Shown in pieces: positions 1 to 8,789 of a DNA stretch of 30,139 nt. The first letter of the stretch is position 1. Each line of letters starts with the position of its first letter. A program made the translations under genes and the position numbers. The DNA is from a virus (taxonomy: Duplodnaviria; Caudoviricetes). The stretch is taken from positions 1 to 30,139 of IMG/VR virus record IMGVR_UViG_3300025018_000422; one strand, 5' to 3'. The notes beneath the pieces are model-generated. The model ran no database searches. It was not told the DNA's origin and saw only the letters and a list, made by a program, of their open reading frames with translations.

Positions 1-279
1 TTTGGTAGAGCGATATATCCTGAAGATGGAGCTGGTCACAAACTTTACAATAACATCATTCAGAGCACAGCGGTTGATGCGGCCATACTTGGGTTTTTTA
101 ATATAATTAATGCTCTAAAAGATACAGATGCTATTCCTGTTTTTGTTATTCATGATAATATTGGAATTGATATGCCTCCTGAGATGCTTTCAACTGAATG
201 GATTCAAAAAATCAAATCTGTTGGTGGAGAAATTCCTGGATTATCTGACAAACTTTTGCTAGACTCTGATACGATATAG
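1..279 (+). CDS. C-terminal part of a family A DNA polymerase-like protein (5'-truncated by the window edge)
   Basis: Frame 1 is open from base 1 to TAG at 277-279 and reads FGRAIYPEDGAGHKLYNNIIQSTAVDAAILG...PVFVIHDNIGID. This matches the PolA C-terminal motifs FGR, N..IQSTA.D and motif C (V/I)HD, but has HDN in place of HDE. Confidence 0.7.
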   Translation, partial: FGRAIYPEDGAGHKLYNNIIQSTAVDAAILGFFNIINALKDTDAIPVFVIHDNIGIDMPPEMLSTEWIQKIKSVGGEIPGLSDKLLLDSDTI

Positions 280-282
280 GCT

Positions 283-843
283 ATGGAAGCTGAACAAATT
301 CAAGAAAATTGGGATACTTTTTGCAACTTTGCAGAGAATGGAAGCGGAGAAAGATCTAAAGAAATAAATAATCTTTTGGAAGCACTAGGAGAAAGACTTG
401 CTACATGCCCTTCTAGTACAAAGACAGAGATGGGCTCTCTTGTTGATTTTAATTTAAAAACACTAAAGGCTTGTGTTTCTATCAATAAAAAGTTTGAATT
501 GAATCTTTCAAAAGAGTCAATGGTTCTTTGTTGTCTTTTTAGAAACCTTGGTCTTGTTGGAGATTTAGAGAACGATCTTTTCATTCCAGAAGATAAGTGG
601 CATCAGGATCGTGGAATGATGTTCAAATATAATACTGAGCTTCAGTTTATGAAGCCATTTGATAGAACGGTTTGGCTTATGAATCATTTTGGAATTTCCC
701 TTTCACAAGGTGAGTTCTTGGCTTTTCTTTCAGGAACTGGTGCAAATGACAATTATAAGTTTGGAGAAGTTCCTTTGGCCTTTGCTGTTTATGCCGCAAC
801 TCGTTTCGTAGGATTTAAAGAAAATGAAATCAAAGAAGAATAA
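283..843 (+). CDS. HD-fold phage protein, probably catalytically inactive
   Basis: Layout recalls phage HD hydrolases (APAS...GGLVDHSL, LFHDLGK.G, RSLWLL..FGI.L...E.LAI, LH.AD). Here the equivalents read CPSS...GSLVDFNL, LFRNLGLVG, RTVWLMNHFGISL...EFLAF and VYAAT. Confidence 0.55.
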   Translation: MEAEQIQENWDTFCNFAENGSGERSKEINNLLEALGERLATCPSSTKTEMGSLVDFNLKTLKACVSINKKFELNLSKESMVLCCLFRNLGLVGDLENDLFIPEDKWHQDRGMMFKYNTELQFMKPFDRTVWLMNHFGISLSQGEFLAFLSGTGANDNYKFGEVPLAFAVYAATRFVGFKENEIKEE

Positions 844-1096
844 AAACAATAAATCAAAACCAAAAATAGATACTTTTGAAATTAATTCTGTTTCGCCAAA
901 ATTTGTAGGGCCAGAAGCTTACACTTGTTTAATACAAAAAGAAGAATTAAAGAATCAAACTTGGCCTATTTGGTTGCTTCCTAATGATTTCAGAGATTGG
1001 TACAAATATGAACAAAGGTGCCGAAAAGATTCTGGAAATCCTATGCTTCCTAATCCTCCGATGGAAATTATTCATAAAGTATTCAATAGTAACTAA
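824..1096 (+). CDS. hypothetical protein
   Basis: 90-aa ORF overlapping the upstream stop and filling the gap on the coding strand. Confidence 0.6.
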   Translation: MKSKKNKNNKSKPKIDTFEINSVSPKFVGPEAYTCLIQKEELKNQTWPIWLLPNDFRDWYKYEQRCRKDSGNPMLPNPPMEIIHKVFNSN

Positions 1097-1132
1097 AATT
1101 GCATTATATGTTGCTTTTTGCTTGAAAAATGA

Positions 1133-1139
1133 ATAATTA
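1133..1139 (+). promoter_or_regulatory. candidate phage late-promoter motif ATAATTA
   Basis: Lies 5 nt before ATG 1145. The same ATAWTTA motif lies 5-6 nt before the starts at 13237 (+) and 12707 (-). Confidence 0.4.
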
Positions 1140-1144
1140 GCCTT

Positions 1145-2218
1145 ATGGATTTAGGAAAAAAGCAAATATCACTTAAAGAAGTATTTAATTTAAGTGAAAA
1201 TAGGGGAAGTAGTGGACGAGGAGCGGTAGGTGGAGGATTTCCACATTCTACCCATGTGCAATCTAGATTACCAAGTCCATGGCCAAGAAGTGGTCAGTCA
1301 GGAACTCCTAATCAATCAGCTTCAATGATGGGTTCACGCCTTATGCAGAACACGTCTACGGAAGAAGATATAAAATATTGGATGGGAGACCCAGATGATC
1401 CTGAAGATGTTGGAGCAACATTTAATCCTCCATATCAGTTTCCATCATATTACACAGACTACATGAGAACTTCTCATCACTGGGATAGTTCGCCAGCTAT
1501 GAATGAAGCATTTCAAAAGATTTGCAATAACATTCTAAAAGAATTAAAGGACGCCCCGCTTTTAACAAGTGCTGGGCGTTTTATATTTAAAGGAAAATCT
1601 GGTCTCTTTGATGTTTTTGTTTCTCCATATGGAATCATTGTTGGAGTTGTTCCAAAGGGAGATGGATTTTCTGCTTATAACTTTGATGATGCCCTTTGGG
1701 CGGATGGAGCAACTCCTGAAGAAGCTGTTGCTAGCGCTGTTACTTCTGAAGAATTGGATGAAATATCTGCTGTTGGTGGCGGCGCCATTGCCGGACATAT
1801 TGGCCCTCTTGGCCCTGATAATCAAAGTCCTTATTTGAAGAAGGGCAAAAAGAAAAAAAATGATGAGCAATCAATTAGAGCTTTTGGTGGCGGTTCAATA
1901 AATGAAGACATGTCTTCTCCTTATCGTGGAGGAGTGTCCAATCCAACAATTAATTGGAATTTTTGGAAGTATTTTGATGACGCGATTGCTGCTGGTTTAA
2001 ATGAAAGAACTGCCGCAAAGCATGCAAAGAAAGAAACCATAACAGATCTAAGAAAATCATTAATGGAAATCGGAAGAAGCAAAAAAGCTGAAAAGACAAT
2101 TGAAAAGCTTTATGATTATACAAATGAAGCTTATTTGGACATTCAAAGAGTAAGAAGTGGTGCTAATATTGATTTGGGAAGTCACTGGACAAGAAGATAT
2201 CAGGAAATAAAGATATAA
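1145..2218 (+). CDS. hypothetical protein, probable virion internal (head) protein with several L/I-x-E motifs
   Basis: 357-aa Gly/Ser-rich ORF with segments bounded by LKEVFNLSE, ILKE, LDEISAVGGGAIAG, INE, LNE and LME. Confidence 0.6.
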   Translation: MDLGKKQISLKEVFNLSENRGSSGRGAVGGGFPHSTHVQSRLPSPWPRSGQSGTPNQSASMMGSRLMQNTSTEEDIKYWMGDPDDPEDVGATFNPPYQFPSYYTDYMRTSHHWDSSPAMNEAFQKICNNILKELKDAPLLTSAGRFIFKGKSGLFDVFVSPYGIIVGVVPKGDGFSAYNFDDALWADGATPEEAVASAVTSEELDEISAVGGGAIAGHIGPLGPDNQSPYLKKGKKKKNDEQSIRAFGGGSINEDMSSPYRGGVSNPTINWNFWKYFDDAIAAGLNERTAAKHAKKETITDLRKSLMEIGRSKKAEKTIEKLYDYTNEAYLDIQRVRSGANIDLGSHWTRRYQEIKI

Positions 2219-2221
2219 TAT

Positions 2222-2617
2222 ATGTTAAGAGAATTTATACGTGCAACTCTATTAGAGTTTGTTGATCAAAAAATGCAATGCATTGGAATGATATCTGGAC
2301 AAAATCCACAAAAAGCCCCTTCTGAAGAAGAATATAACAATGCAGCAAATAATCAGCTTTTATCTGACATAAAGGAGATGGGATTTGAACATTTTCCAAC
2401 ATTTTATTATGGAGAAACTGGATATTTGATTCCAAACATTTCCAAATCTCAACTAATGGATCTTGGAAAAAAATATAATCAAAAAGCTGTTATATGGGGA
2501 AGTAAAGAGCCAGAACTAAACGGATTGGCTCCCAAATGGAACTGGCAATATCTTGAAAGTGGAAAAATTCGCGCTCAAAAGACTTCTCATCACCCATTTG
2601 TTTGCCCTCAATTTTAG
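2222..2617 (+). CDS. DUF3293-like protein with an N-terminal LREFIR...LLE leader
   Basis: ISGQNP...N.AANNQL..DI..MG....GETGY.I......LGKKYNQKAVIW resembles the DUF3293 pattern (recalled, not searched). Confidence 0.55.
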   Translation: MLREFIRATLLEFVDQKMQCIGMISGQNPQKAPSEEEYNNAANNQLLSDIKEMGFEHFPTFYYGETGYLIPNISKSQLMDLGKKYNQKAVIWGSKEPELNGLAPKWNWQYLESGKIRAQKTSHHPFVCPQF

Positions 2618-2622
2618 CTCTG

Positions 2623-2680
2623 TAAGTTGTTGAAATTACTCATTAAATTTTAATTAAACTATTTTATAAGTTGTTGAAAT
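2623..2680 (+). promoter_or_regulatory. two direct repeats TAAGTTGTTGAAAT (2623-2636, 2667-2680), IHF-site-like
   Basis: Exact 14-bp repeat with starts 44 bp apart. It matches the reverse complement of the IHF consensus WATCAANNNNTTR (YAANNNNTTGATW) with one mismatch. Confidence 0.6.
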
Positions 2681-2694
2681 CATTGATGAATTTT

Positions 2695-2710
2695 CGGCAC
2701 AACTTTTGCA
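2695..2710 (+). promoter_or_regulatory. sigma54-type (-24/-12) promoter
   Basis: CGGCACAACTTTTGCA has the GG-N10-GC spacing and fits the consensus TGGCAC-N5-TTGCW except at the first base. It is intergenic, with the proximal IHF-like site at about -54 to -41. Confidence 0.65.
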
Positions 2711-2727
2711 ACAAAGATGCCATTAGA

Positions 2728-2736
2728 TGGTATAAA
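2728..2736 (+). promoter_or_regulatory. possible extended -10 sigma70-type promoter (TGgTATAAA)
   Basis: TGn plus TATAAA. TTGCAA at 2706-2711 is 19 bp upstream, a suboptimal spacing. Confidence 0.3.
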
Positions 2737-2832
2737 ATAGATGTACTTGAAAGGTCACCAAGAACGAAAGACCAAGGTACACTTTTAAGAACTCACAAAC
2801 AAGCAAAGGCTTGGAGGATAATAAGAACAATT

Positions 2833-3789
2833 ATGAAAAAATTAGACCTAAACAGATTGAAAAATAAAGTTGCCCAACTTAAGGGCGAAAAAACAACATC
2901 AACAAGAGCATCTATTTTCTGGACGCCACAACTTCCAAAGGGAGAAAAGGAACATGAATATCAAGTATATCTTTTGCCTTGGGGACCTGAAAGCGATTAT
3001 CCATTTGAAGAAAGATGGTTTTATTACACTCTTGGAAATATGAAAGACGAAAAGGGATTTAGCTTAAAAGATGAAAATGGTAGATTTATTCAAGCTCCAT
3101 TGACACTCAAGCAGTTCGGAGAAGACGATCCCGTAGAAGAATTGATTCGTAAGCTTTGGAGTAAAGAAGGAAAAGAAGAGAAAGAGGCAAAGCAGGATCA
3201 AGAAGATGCAAAACTATTGTTTGCATCACAGACTGCTTATATTCCTGTTATCGTAAAGGGAGAAGAAAGTCTAGGTCCACGTTTGTGGAAATTTTCTTCT
3301 AAGAAAGTTTATGAACGACTTGTTGAGCTGTTCATGAAGCATGAGAAATATGGAGTCCTAAACGACCCAGAAAATTGCAGATGGATAACGGTTCCCGTTG
3401 TAGAAGATCCAAATAAAAAGTTTCCAATGAATAAGAAAATTGGAAATATTGATCCTGACTTTGACAAGGCTCCATTGTCAGAAGATCCAGCCAAAATCAA
3501 AGAGTGGCTAAGCAACATTCCAGATCTGGATGAAGCTTTAAAGTATCAGCGTCATGACTATGATTCACTAAAGAAGATTCTTCTTATGTGGGCGGAGAAC
3601 ACTTCAAAACCTGCTGAGGTTGATGAAAGTGAAGGTACAGAAGCGGCTAAGTCCGAAAAGGCGGAAAAGGCTCCAAAGAAAGCACCGCCACGTAAAAAGA
3701 AAGAACAGGAGCCATTGAGCAAAGAGGATGCACTCAAAGAGCTTGATGATTTCATGAATGACGATGACGATGACGATGATGATGAGTAA
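2833..3789 (+). CDS. single-stranded DNA-binding protein, T4 gp32-like
   Basis: Start taken as MKKLDLNRLKNK (ATG 2833). Has FWTP, PF.E.WFYY, DPV.E...LW, PVIVKGEE..GPRLW and YG.L.DP motifs and a very acidic C-terminus (DDFMNDDDDDDDE). Lies next to recA. Confidence 0.8.
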   Translation: MKKLDLNRLKNKVAQLKGEKTTSTRASIFWTPQLPKGEKEHEYQVYLLPWGPESDYPFEERWFYYTLGNMKDEKGFSLKDENGRFIQAPLTLKQFGEDDPVEELIRKLWSKEGKEEKEAKQDQEDAKLLFASQTAYIPVIVKGEESLGPRLWKFSSKKVYERLVELFMKHEKYGVLNDPENCRWITVPVVEDPNKKFPMNKKIGNIDPDFDKAPLSEDPAKIKEWLSNIPDLDEALKYQRHDYDSLKKILLMWAENTSKPAEVDESEGTEAAKSEKAEKAPKKAPPRKKKEQEPLSKEDALKELDDFMNDDDDDDDDE

Positions 3790-3807
3790 TTCGATATAAA
3801 CCATCGA

Positions 3808-3828
3808 TGACAAGTAATATACTTGTCA
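3808..3828. repeat. perfect 9-bp inverted repeat TGACAAGTA-ata-TACTTGTCA
   Basis: Read directly from the sequence. Intergenic, and contains TATACT at 3818-3823. Confidence 0.7.
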
Positions 3829-3832
3829 AAAC

Positions 3833-3865
3833 AAAAGGAAAGGAGCTTGTGCCTTTCCTTTTTTT
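3833..3865 (+). terminator. Rho-independent terminator after the SSB gene
   Basis: AAAAGGAAAGG-agcttgtg-CCTTTCCTTTT hairpin running into a T tract. Confidence 0.75.
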
Positions 3866-3886
3866 ATTAAGAGACAAAGGAGACTT

Positions 3887-5119
3887 ATGGCAAAAAAAGA
3901 TAAAGAAATTAAAGAAATTGACATTAAAGATTTTACAAATAAAATGATTGAGAATCTAAATGCAAAGCTTGGTAAAAAGGGCAAATTGTTTTATAATCTC
4001 GGAGAGGATCAAGAAGATCCAGCGAAGATTAAACGTTGGTTTTCTACTCGCTCTATGACAATTGATTGGATTTGTGGAGCAGAAAACAAAGGTCTTCCTG
4101 GTGGTCGGCTTGTTGAAATTTTTGGAGCAGAATCAATTGGAAAATCTCATATTTGTTATCAAATAGCAAAATGGGTTCAAGATAATGGTGGAATTTCTTT
4201 GTATATTGATACAGAGTTGGCAACCTCTGTTCCAAACCTTGAAGCTCTTGGAATTAATGTTGGAAGTGGGCTTATTTATGCCACGGCAGATTCGATAGAA
4301 GGAGCTTTTGAAGCGGCTGAAGAATTTTTGAAAGAAGTAGCCACATTGGGTCCTTCTATTCCAATTGCAGTTTTTTGGGACTCTATTGGTGGAATAGGTT
4401 CTAGAATTGAAAGAGACATGAGCTTTGACGACATTCAAAGACCAGGACTTAACGCCAAACAGATTACGTTTGGACTTCGAAAAATCATGCCAGCAATCAA
4501 TGAGGCTTCAGCATTATTTGTTCTTGTAAACCAAGAATATGATATTTTGAATGCGATGAAATATGATTCCAAGAAAAAAGAGACAAAAGGAGGAAAGATG
4601 ATCAAGTATGGTTCGTCTATTCGGCTTGGTCTTACAAAAGTAACAGATGTTTATCCTGACGAAATGGAAAAGAAAGTTGCATATGCAAATGGAATCATGC
4701 CTTGTGGAATTAGAGTTCGAGCCAGAACTCATAAAAACAAGGTAGCAGCACCTTTTCGTTCTGCTGAATTTGATATTATTTTTGGAGTTGGAATCAAAGA
4801 ACATTCAGCAATTTGGGATATGTTGAACAGTGAAAAGGAAATAAGCGTTAATGGAAAAATATATCAATTTTCTTCAGGTGCTTGGCGAAGAATTGACGTA
4901 TGCGACGCCATGACTGGCGAAGAAATTGAAAAAATCAAATTTAGAAAGAATGATACCGAAGAATATTTGATGGATAAGCATCGTGACATAACTCAAGCAT
5001 GTTTCGATAGCATCATGTCAAAGAAGATGCAAAGAAATAACAAAGAAGCAAATGAATACGATCCAGAAATTGATGGCATTTCAGATACTGAAGAAAACAT
5101 AATGGGAGATGTTGAATAA
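3887..5119 (+). CDS. recA: RecA/UvsX recombinase
   Basis: GLPGGRLVEIFGAESIGKS (Walker A), YIDTE, VFWDS (Walker B), VNQ, TKGGKMIKY and KNKVAAPFR. SD AAGGAG upstream. Confidence 0.93.
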   Translation: MAKKDKEIKEIDIKDFTNKMIENLNAKLGKKGKLFYNLGEDQEDPAKIKRWFSTRSMTIDWICGAENKGLPGGRLVEIFGAESIGKSHICYQIAKWVQDNGGISLYIDTELATSVPNLEALGINVGSGLIYATADSIEGAFEAAEEFLKEVATLGPSIPIAVFWDSIGGIGSRIERDMSFDDIQRPGLNAKQITFGLRKIMPAINEASALFVLVNQEYDILNAMKYDSKKKETKGGKMIKYGSSIRLGLTKVTDVYPDEMEKKVAYANGIMPCGIRVRARTHKNKVAAPFRSAEFDIIFGVGIKEHSAIWDMLNSEKEISVNGKIYQFSSGAWRRIDVCDAMTGEEIEKIKFRKNDTEEYLMDKHRDITQACFDSIMSKKMQRNNKEANEYDPEIDGISDTEENIMGDVE

Positions 5120-5628
5120 TGAAGTATTTAACAAAGCTAGGCATTGTAAAGTTTCATGAAGATGCAATTCTTCCAACTCAAAACAAAGACGATATTGGAT
5201 TTGACATTTATTCTGTACAAGATGTTGAAATACCAAATCTTAGCTCAGGAAAAATTGACACAGGAATAGGGTTTTCTTCTAATCCTCATTACCCTACAAG
5301 ACTCGACATGATCATTCCATTTGGAAATAATGCATATGATGATCGATGGAGTTTAGAGACAAAAATTGAAGGAAGGTCTGGTCTCGCTTTAAAGACAATA
5401 TTTCCTATTGGAGGAGAAATAGATCCTAGTTATCGAGGTTCAATTTCGGTTTGTCTTGTTAATATGTCAGGAGAAACTTATCATGTAAAAAAGGGTGACA
5501 AGATTGCACAGCTTGTAATACGCCCAGTTTTAGCAAATACTTCCAATCATCATGTTAGTTTTGAATTTAGAAATAGTCAAGATGAAACAGATCGCGGAGA
5601 AAAAGGATTTGGCTCATCTGGAAGGTAA
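5119..5628 (+). CDS. dut: dUTPase (trimeric)
   Basis: GFDI, GRSGLA, GEIDPSYRG, GDKIAQLVI and RGEKGFGSSG motifs. Confidence 0.93.
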   Translation: MKYLTKLGIVKFHEDAILPTQNKDDIGFDIYSVQDVEIPNLSSGKIDTGIGFSSNPHYPTRLDMIIPFGNNAYDDRWSLETKIEGRSGLALKTIFPIGGEIDPSYRGSISVCLVNMSGETYHVKKGDKIAQLVIRPVLANTSNHHVSFEFRNSQDETDRGEKGFGSSGR

Positions 5629-5632
5629 ATAT

Positions 5633-6103
5633 ATGATCAAAAAACCAAGAGAACCAAAAATGCCTTGCAAACCATATATTATGAATGCCCCTTCTAAAAC
5701 AAGGGAAGTTTCTCAATATTTGTATGACAATGATGACATTGAAATTTCTTTTCAAAAAATTATTGAAAAGATTCCTAAAGGAATTTCTCTCGATAAAGTT
5801 TTTATAAAATCCTATAGCGAATCAAGCCAAGATTGGAGAAATGATTCATATAGATATTTTCAAATATATTATTTAGAAGAAATTGAAAATAAAGATTTCG
5901 ATTGGGAAATGGAAAAATACAATAAAAAACTTCCATTATACAAAAAAAAGATAGATGCCCACAAGCAAGAAATGGAAGAATATAAAGAGAAAATGGAAGA
6001 ATATAAAGAGAAAATGAAAATTTGGGAACTTCAAGAGAAAGAGAAAGAGAAAGAGAAATTAAAAAAGAAGCTTGCAAAATTGGAAAAGGAATTGGCTGAA
6101 TGA
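5633..6103 (+). CDS. hypothetical protein with a C-terminal coiled coil
   Basis: Start placed at ATG 5633, just after the dut stop. K/E-rich heptad tail. Confidence 0.65.
   Translation: MIKKPREPKMPCKPYIMNAPSKTREVSQYLYDNDDIEISFQKIIEKIPKGISLDKVFIKSYSESSQDWRNDSYRYFQIYYLEEIENKDFDWEMEKYNKKLPLYKKKIDAHKQEMEEYKEKMEEYKEKMKIWELQEKEKEKEKLKKKLAKLEKELAE
5970..6016 (+). repeat. in-frame 21-bp tandem duplication (MEEYKEK x2)
   Basis: AAATGGAAGAATATAAAGAGA twice, plus a partial third copy (AAATG). Confidence 0.85.
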
Positions 6104-6294
6104 AAAAATATTTAGTGTTTGCTGGATACAATTATTATCCATTTGGCGGTTGGAGTGACTTTCAAAATTCTTTTGAAGACTTTGAAGAAGCAAAACAATT
6201 TTTTAAAGATAAGGCTGAAAATTTTAATTGGGGCCACATTGTTGAATCTGAAAGTGTTGTTTGGCATTTTTTTCCAAATGAGGAGGTTGAATGA
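6100..6294 (+). CDS. small hypothetical phage protein
   Basis: ATGA overlaps with both neighbours. Aromatic motif FAGYNYYPFGGWSDF. Confidence 0.7.
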   Translation: MKKYLVFAGYNYYPFGGWSDFQNSFEDFEEAKQFFKDKAENFNWGHIVESESVVWHFFPNEEVE

Positions 6295-7244
6295 GACCAA
6301 TAATGCTTGTTGATTCAATGAATTTGTTTGTTCGCAATTATATGGCGAACCCACAAATGGACAGAAATGGAAATGCTATTGGAGGAACGATAGGATACTT
6401 AAAGTCTCTGGCTTCTTTAGTGAAAAAACTCTCTCCATCAAAAGTTTATATCGTTTGGGAGACAGGTGGAAGCCCCAAGAGGTTGAAGCTCTATCCCGAA
6501 TATAAACAAAGGTCACGGCCCATGAGGACCAATAGAGCATATGACGACGCAATTCCTGACACAAAAGATAACGAGATTGCGCAAAAGCAATTATTGATAA
6601 AGCTTTTTCAGCATTTGCCAGTTACTCAAATTCATGTTGAAAATTGTGAAGCAGACGACGTGATTGCATATCTTTCGAAATCAAAGTTCCCAGACGAAGA
6701 GAAAATTATTGTTTCTAATGATAAAGATTTTTATCAGCTTTTGGATGAAAATACAAAGATATGGAATCCTTCTAAAAAGAAATTTATAAAAGAAAAAGAT
6801 GTGATTGAAGAATACAATATCACTCCTGAGAATTTTGTGGTTGCAAAAGCATTCAACGGAGATGCTAGTGACAACATCCCAGGAGTAGAGCGATTAGGAT
6901 TTAAAACTTTATCAAAAAAGATTGCTTTAAATAAAGATAAAGTTTCGGCAGAGCAAATTTTAGAAGAGGCAAAAAGACACGTTTTAGAGGATAAAAAGCC
7001 CTTAGTGATGTGGCAGAATATAGCAAACAGCGAAGATCTGGTACTACGAAACATTCAGTTAATGAACTTGGATAACAAGCTTCTTTCTATTGATCAGATT
7101 CAAGATATTAATCGAATTGTAAATGAGTTCAAACCTCAATATAATAAGATCAAATTTTGGAAGACTTATTTAGAACTTGAACTCGAAGGAATAGACGTTG
7201 AAAACATATGCAATTGTTTTTATTTTCTTGTTCATAGTGCCTAG
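6291..7244 (+). CDS. 5'-3' exonuclease / flap endonuclease (T4 RNase H-like)
   Basis: LVDSMNLFVR, YPEYKQRS, EADDVIAY, IVSNDKDFYQL and GDASDNIPGV motifs. Confidence 0.92.
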   Translation: MRPIMLVDSMNLFVRNYMANPQMDRNGNAIGGTIGYLKSLASLVKKLSPSKVYIVWETGGSPKRLKLYPEYKQRSRPMRTNRAYDDAIPDTKDNEIAQKQLLIKLFQHLPVTQIHVENCEADDVIAYLSKSKFPDEEKIIVSNDKDFYQLLDENTKIWNPSKKKFIKEKDVIEEYNITPENFVVAKAFNGDASDNIPGVERLGFKTLSKKIALNKDKVSAEQILEEAKRHVLEDKKPLVMWQNIANSEDLVLRNIQLMNLDNKLLSIDQIQDINRIVNEFKPQYNKIKFWKTYLELELEGIDVENICNCFYFLVHSA

Positions 7245-7269
7245 TTTGAACTATTAGAAAATAAACATT

Positions 7270-8694
7270 ATGACAAATACAGCAACAGCATTAAAAGATA
7301 GCGTACAACATTTACCATCATTCGCTGACTATGGAGAAGATTTCCAAGAAAGAGTAATTCAGGCTCTTTTGATTGACTTTGCTTGGGCTGAGCAAATGCA
7401 TGAGATCATAAGAGTTGAATATTTTGATCTTGAACATTTTCAATATCTTGTAAAGCGTTATTATGATTATTACAATAAATGGAGCACTTTCCCAACAATC
7501 GCTATTCTTGCTAGTCTTCTAAAAGACAATCTAAAAAGCGGAGTAGGTGCTGATGAAATATTATTAACAAAAATAATTTCATTACTTAAGAAAACAAAGA
7601 AAGAGCCTGATCTAAGAGACCATCCCTATGTAAAAGAAAAGGCGTTAGACTTCTGCAAAAAGCAAGCAATGAAAGAAGCCTTGTATAAGTCAACAGAATT
7701 AATCATAGAAAATGAATATGGTGAAGTTCTTGAGATAATGAAAAAGGCATTAATTGCTGGAGAGGAGTCGTCTTATGGCCATGACTTCGAAGAGGATCGT
7801 GAAGCAAGATTTACAGATATTCAAAGAAGTCCAATTCCTACAGGGATTGCAAACCTTGACCATCCTGACGTTCTAAATGGCGGCTTAGGCCGCGGAGAGC
7901 TTGGAATCTTTGTTGCCGCTCCATCTGTTGGAAAAAGCCACTGGCTTGTGCAGGTTGGCGCCGCAGCATTAAAGGCAGGATTTAACGTTCTTCATTATAC
8001 ATTGGAAATGGGTGAAGCTGAAGTTGGTCGTCGTTACGATGGCTGGTTTACAGGAATCAATAACCGAGACATTACAAGAAATAGAGATAATGTAAATAAA
8101 TGGTATCAAGAAAATAGTGAAGGTCTTGGAAGGTTAATAATTAAAGAATATCCAAGCTCTAGTGTAACAACAAACACATTTAGAGCACATATTCAAAAAT
8201 TAATGACAAAAAAGAACTTCTACCCAGATCTTGTCATTGTTGATTATGCTGACGAAATGAACTCTATCAAGAAATTTGATACAGCAGCATCTAGGCACGA
8301 GTTCAAGGCCATTTATCGAGATCTTAGAAACTTGGGTAGAGAAATGTCTCCAAAGTTTGCGGTTTGGAGTGCTTCTCAAAGTAACAAAGAAGGCTCATCT
8401 GCTGAAATTGTTACAGGAGAAAACATGAGCGAAAGCTTTCGAAAGCTGGACGTGCCAGATTTTGTATTTACAGGCGCCTGCCGGCCGGATCAAAAGGCAT
8501 CTGGTGCCATTCGTGGATTCACTGCCAAGAATAGAAATGGTCGTGATGGAGACATTCTTCCAATGAAAATAGACAAAACAACATCACGGTTCAAAGTTAT
8601 TTCAGAAGAAGATTTTGGAAATCTTGTTCAAAACGACAAAGACAGGGAAGATGATCTAAAGTCAAGAATTGGAAAAAAATTGAAGGATTTTTAA
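7270..8694 (+). CDS. dnaB: replicative DNA helicase (DnaB / T4 gp41-like)
   Basis: GGLGRGELG, Walker A AAPSVGKS, HYTLEM, IKEYP, VIVDYAD, WSASQSN and AKNRNGRDG. Confidence 0.92.
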   Translation: MTNTATALKDSVQHLPSFADYGEDFQERVIQALLIDFAWAEQMHEIIRVEYFDLEHFQYLVKRYYDYYNKWSTFPTIAILASLLKDNLKSGVGADEILLTKIISLLKKTKKEPDLRDHPYVKEKALDFCKKQAMKEALYKSTELIIENEYGEVLEIMKKALIAGEESSYGHDFEEDREARFTDIQRSPIPTGIANLDHPDVLNGGLGRGELGIFVAAPSVGKSHWLVQVGAAALKAGFNVLHYTLEMGEAEVGRRYDGWFTGINNRDITRNRDNVNKWYQENSEGLGRLIIKEYPSSSVTTNTFRAHIQKLMTKKNFYPDLVIVDYADEMNSIKKFDTAASRHEFKAIYRDLRNLGREMSPKFAVWSASQSNKEGSSAEIVTGENMSESFRKLDVPDFVFTGACRPDQKASGAIRGFTAKNRNGRDGDILPMKIDKTTSRFKVISEEDFGNLVQNDKDREDDLKSRIGKKLKDF

Positions 8695-8789
8695 GCAAAC
8701 GGAAGGGATAGTTATCTTTTACCGACAAACATAAACTGATAAATAAATCGATGATAATCGTAACTTTTGTATAAATTAAGGTTGTAATA

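Noticed and set aside
2671-2832. N-terminal extension of SSB in the ORF track
   Set aside because: It overlaps the promoter elements; ATG 2833 gives the typical gp32-like start.
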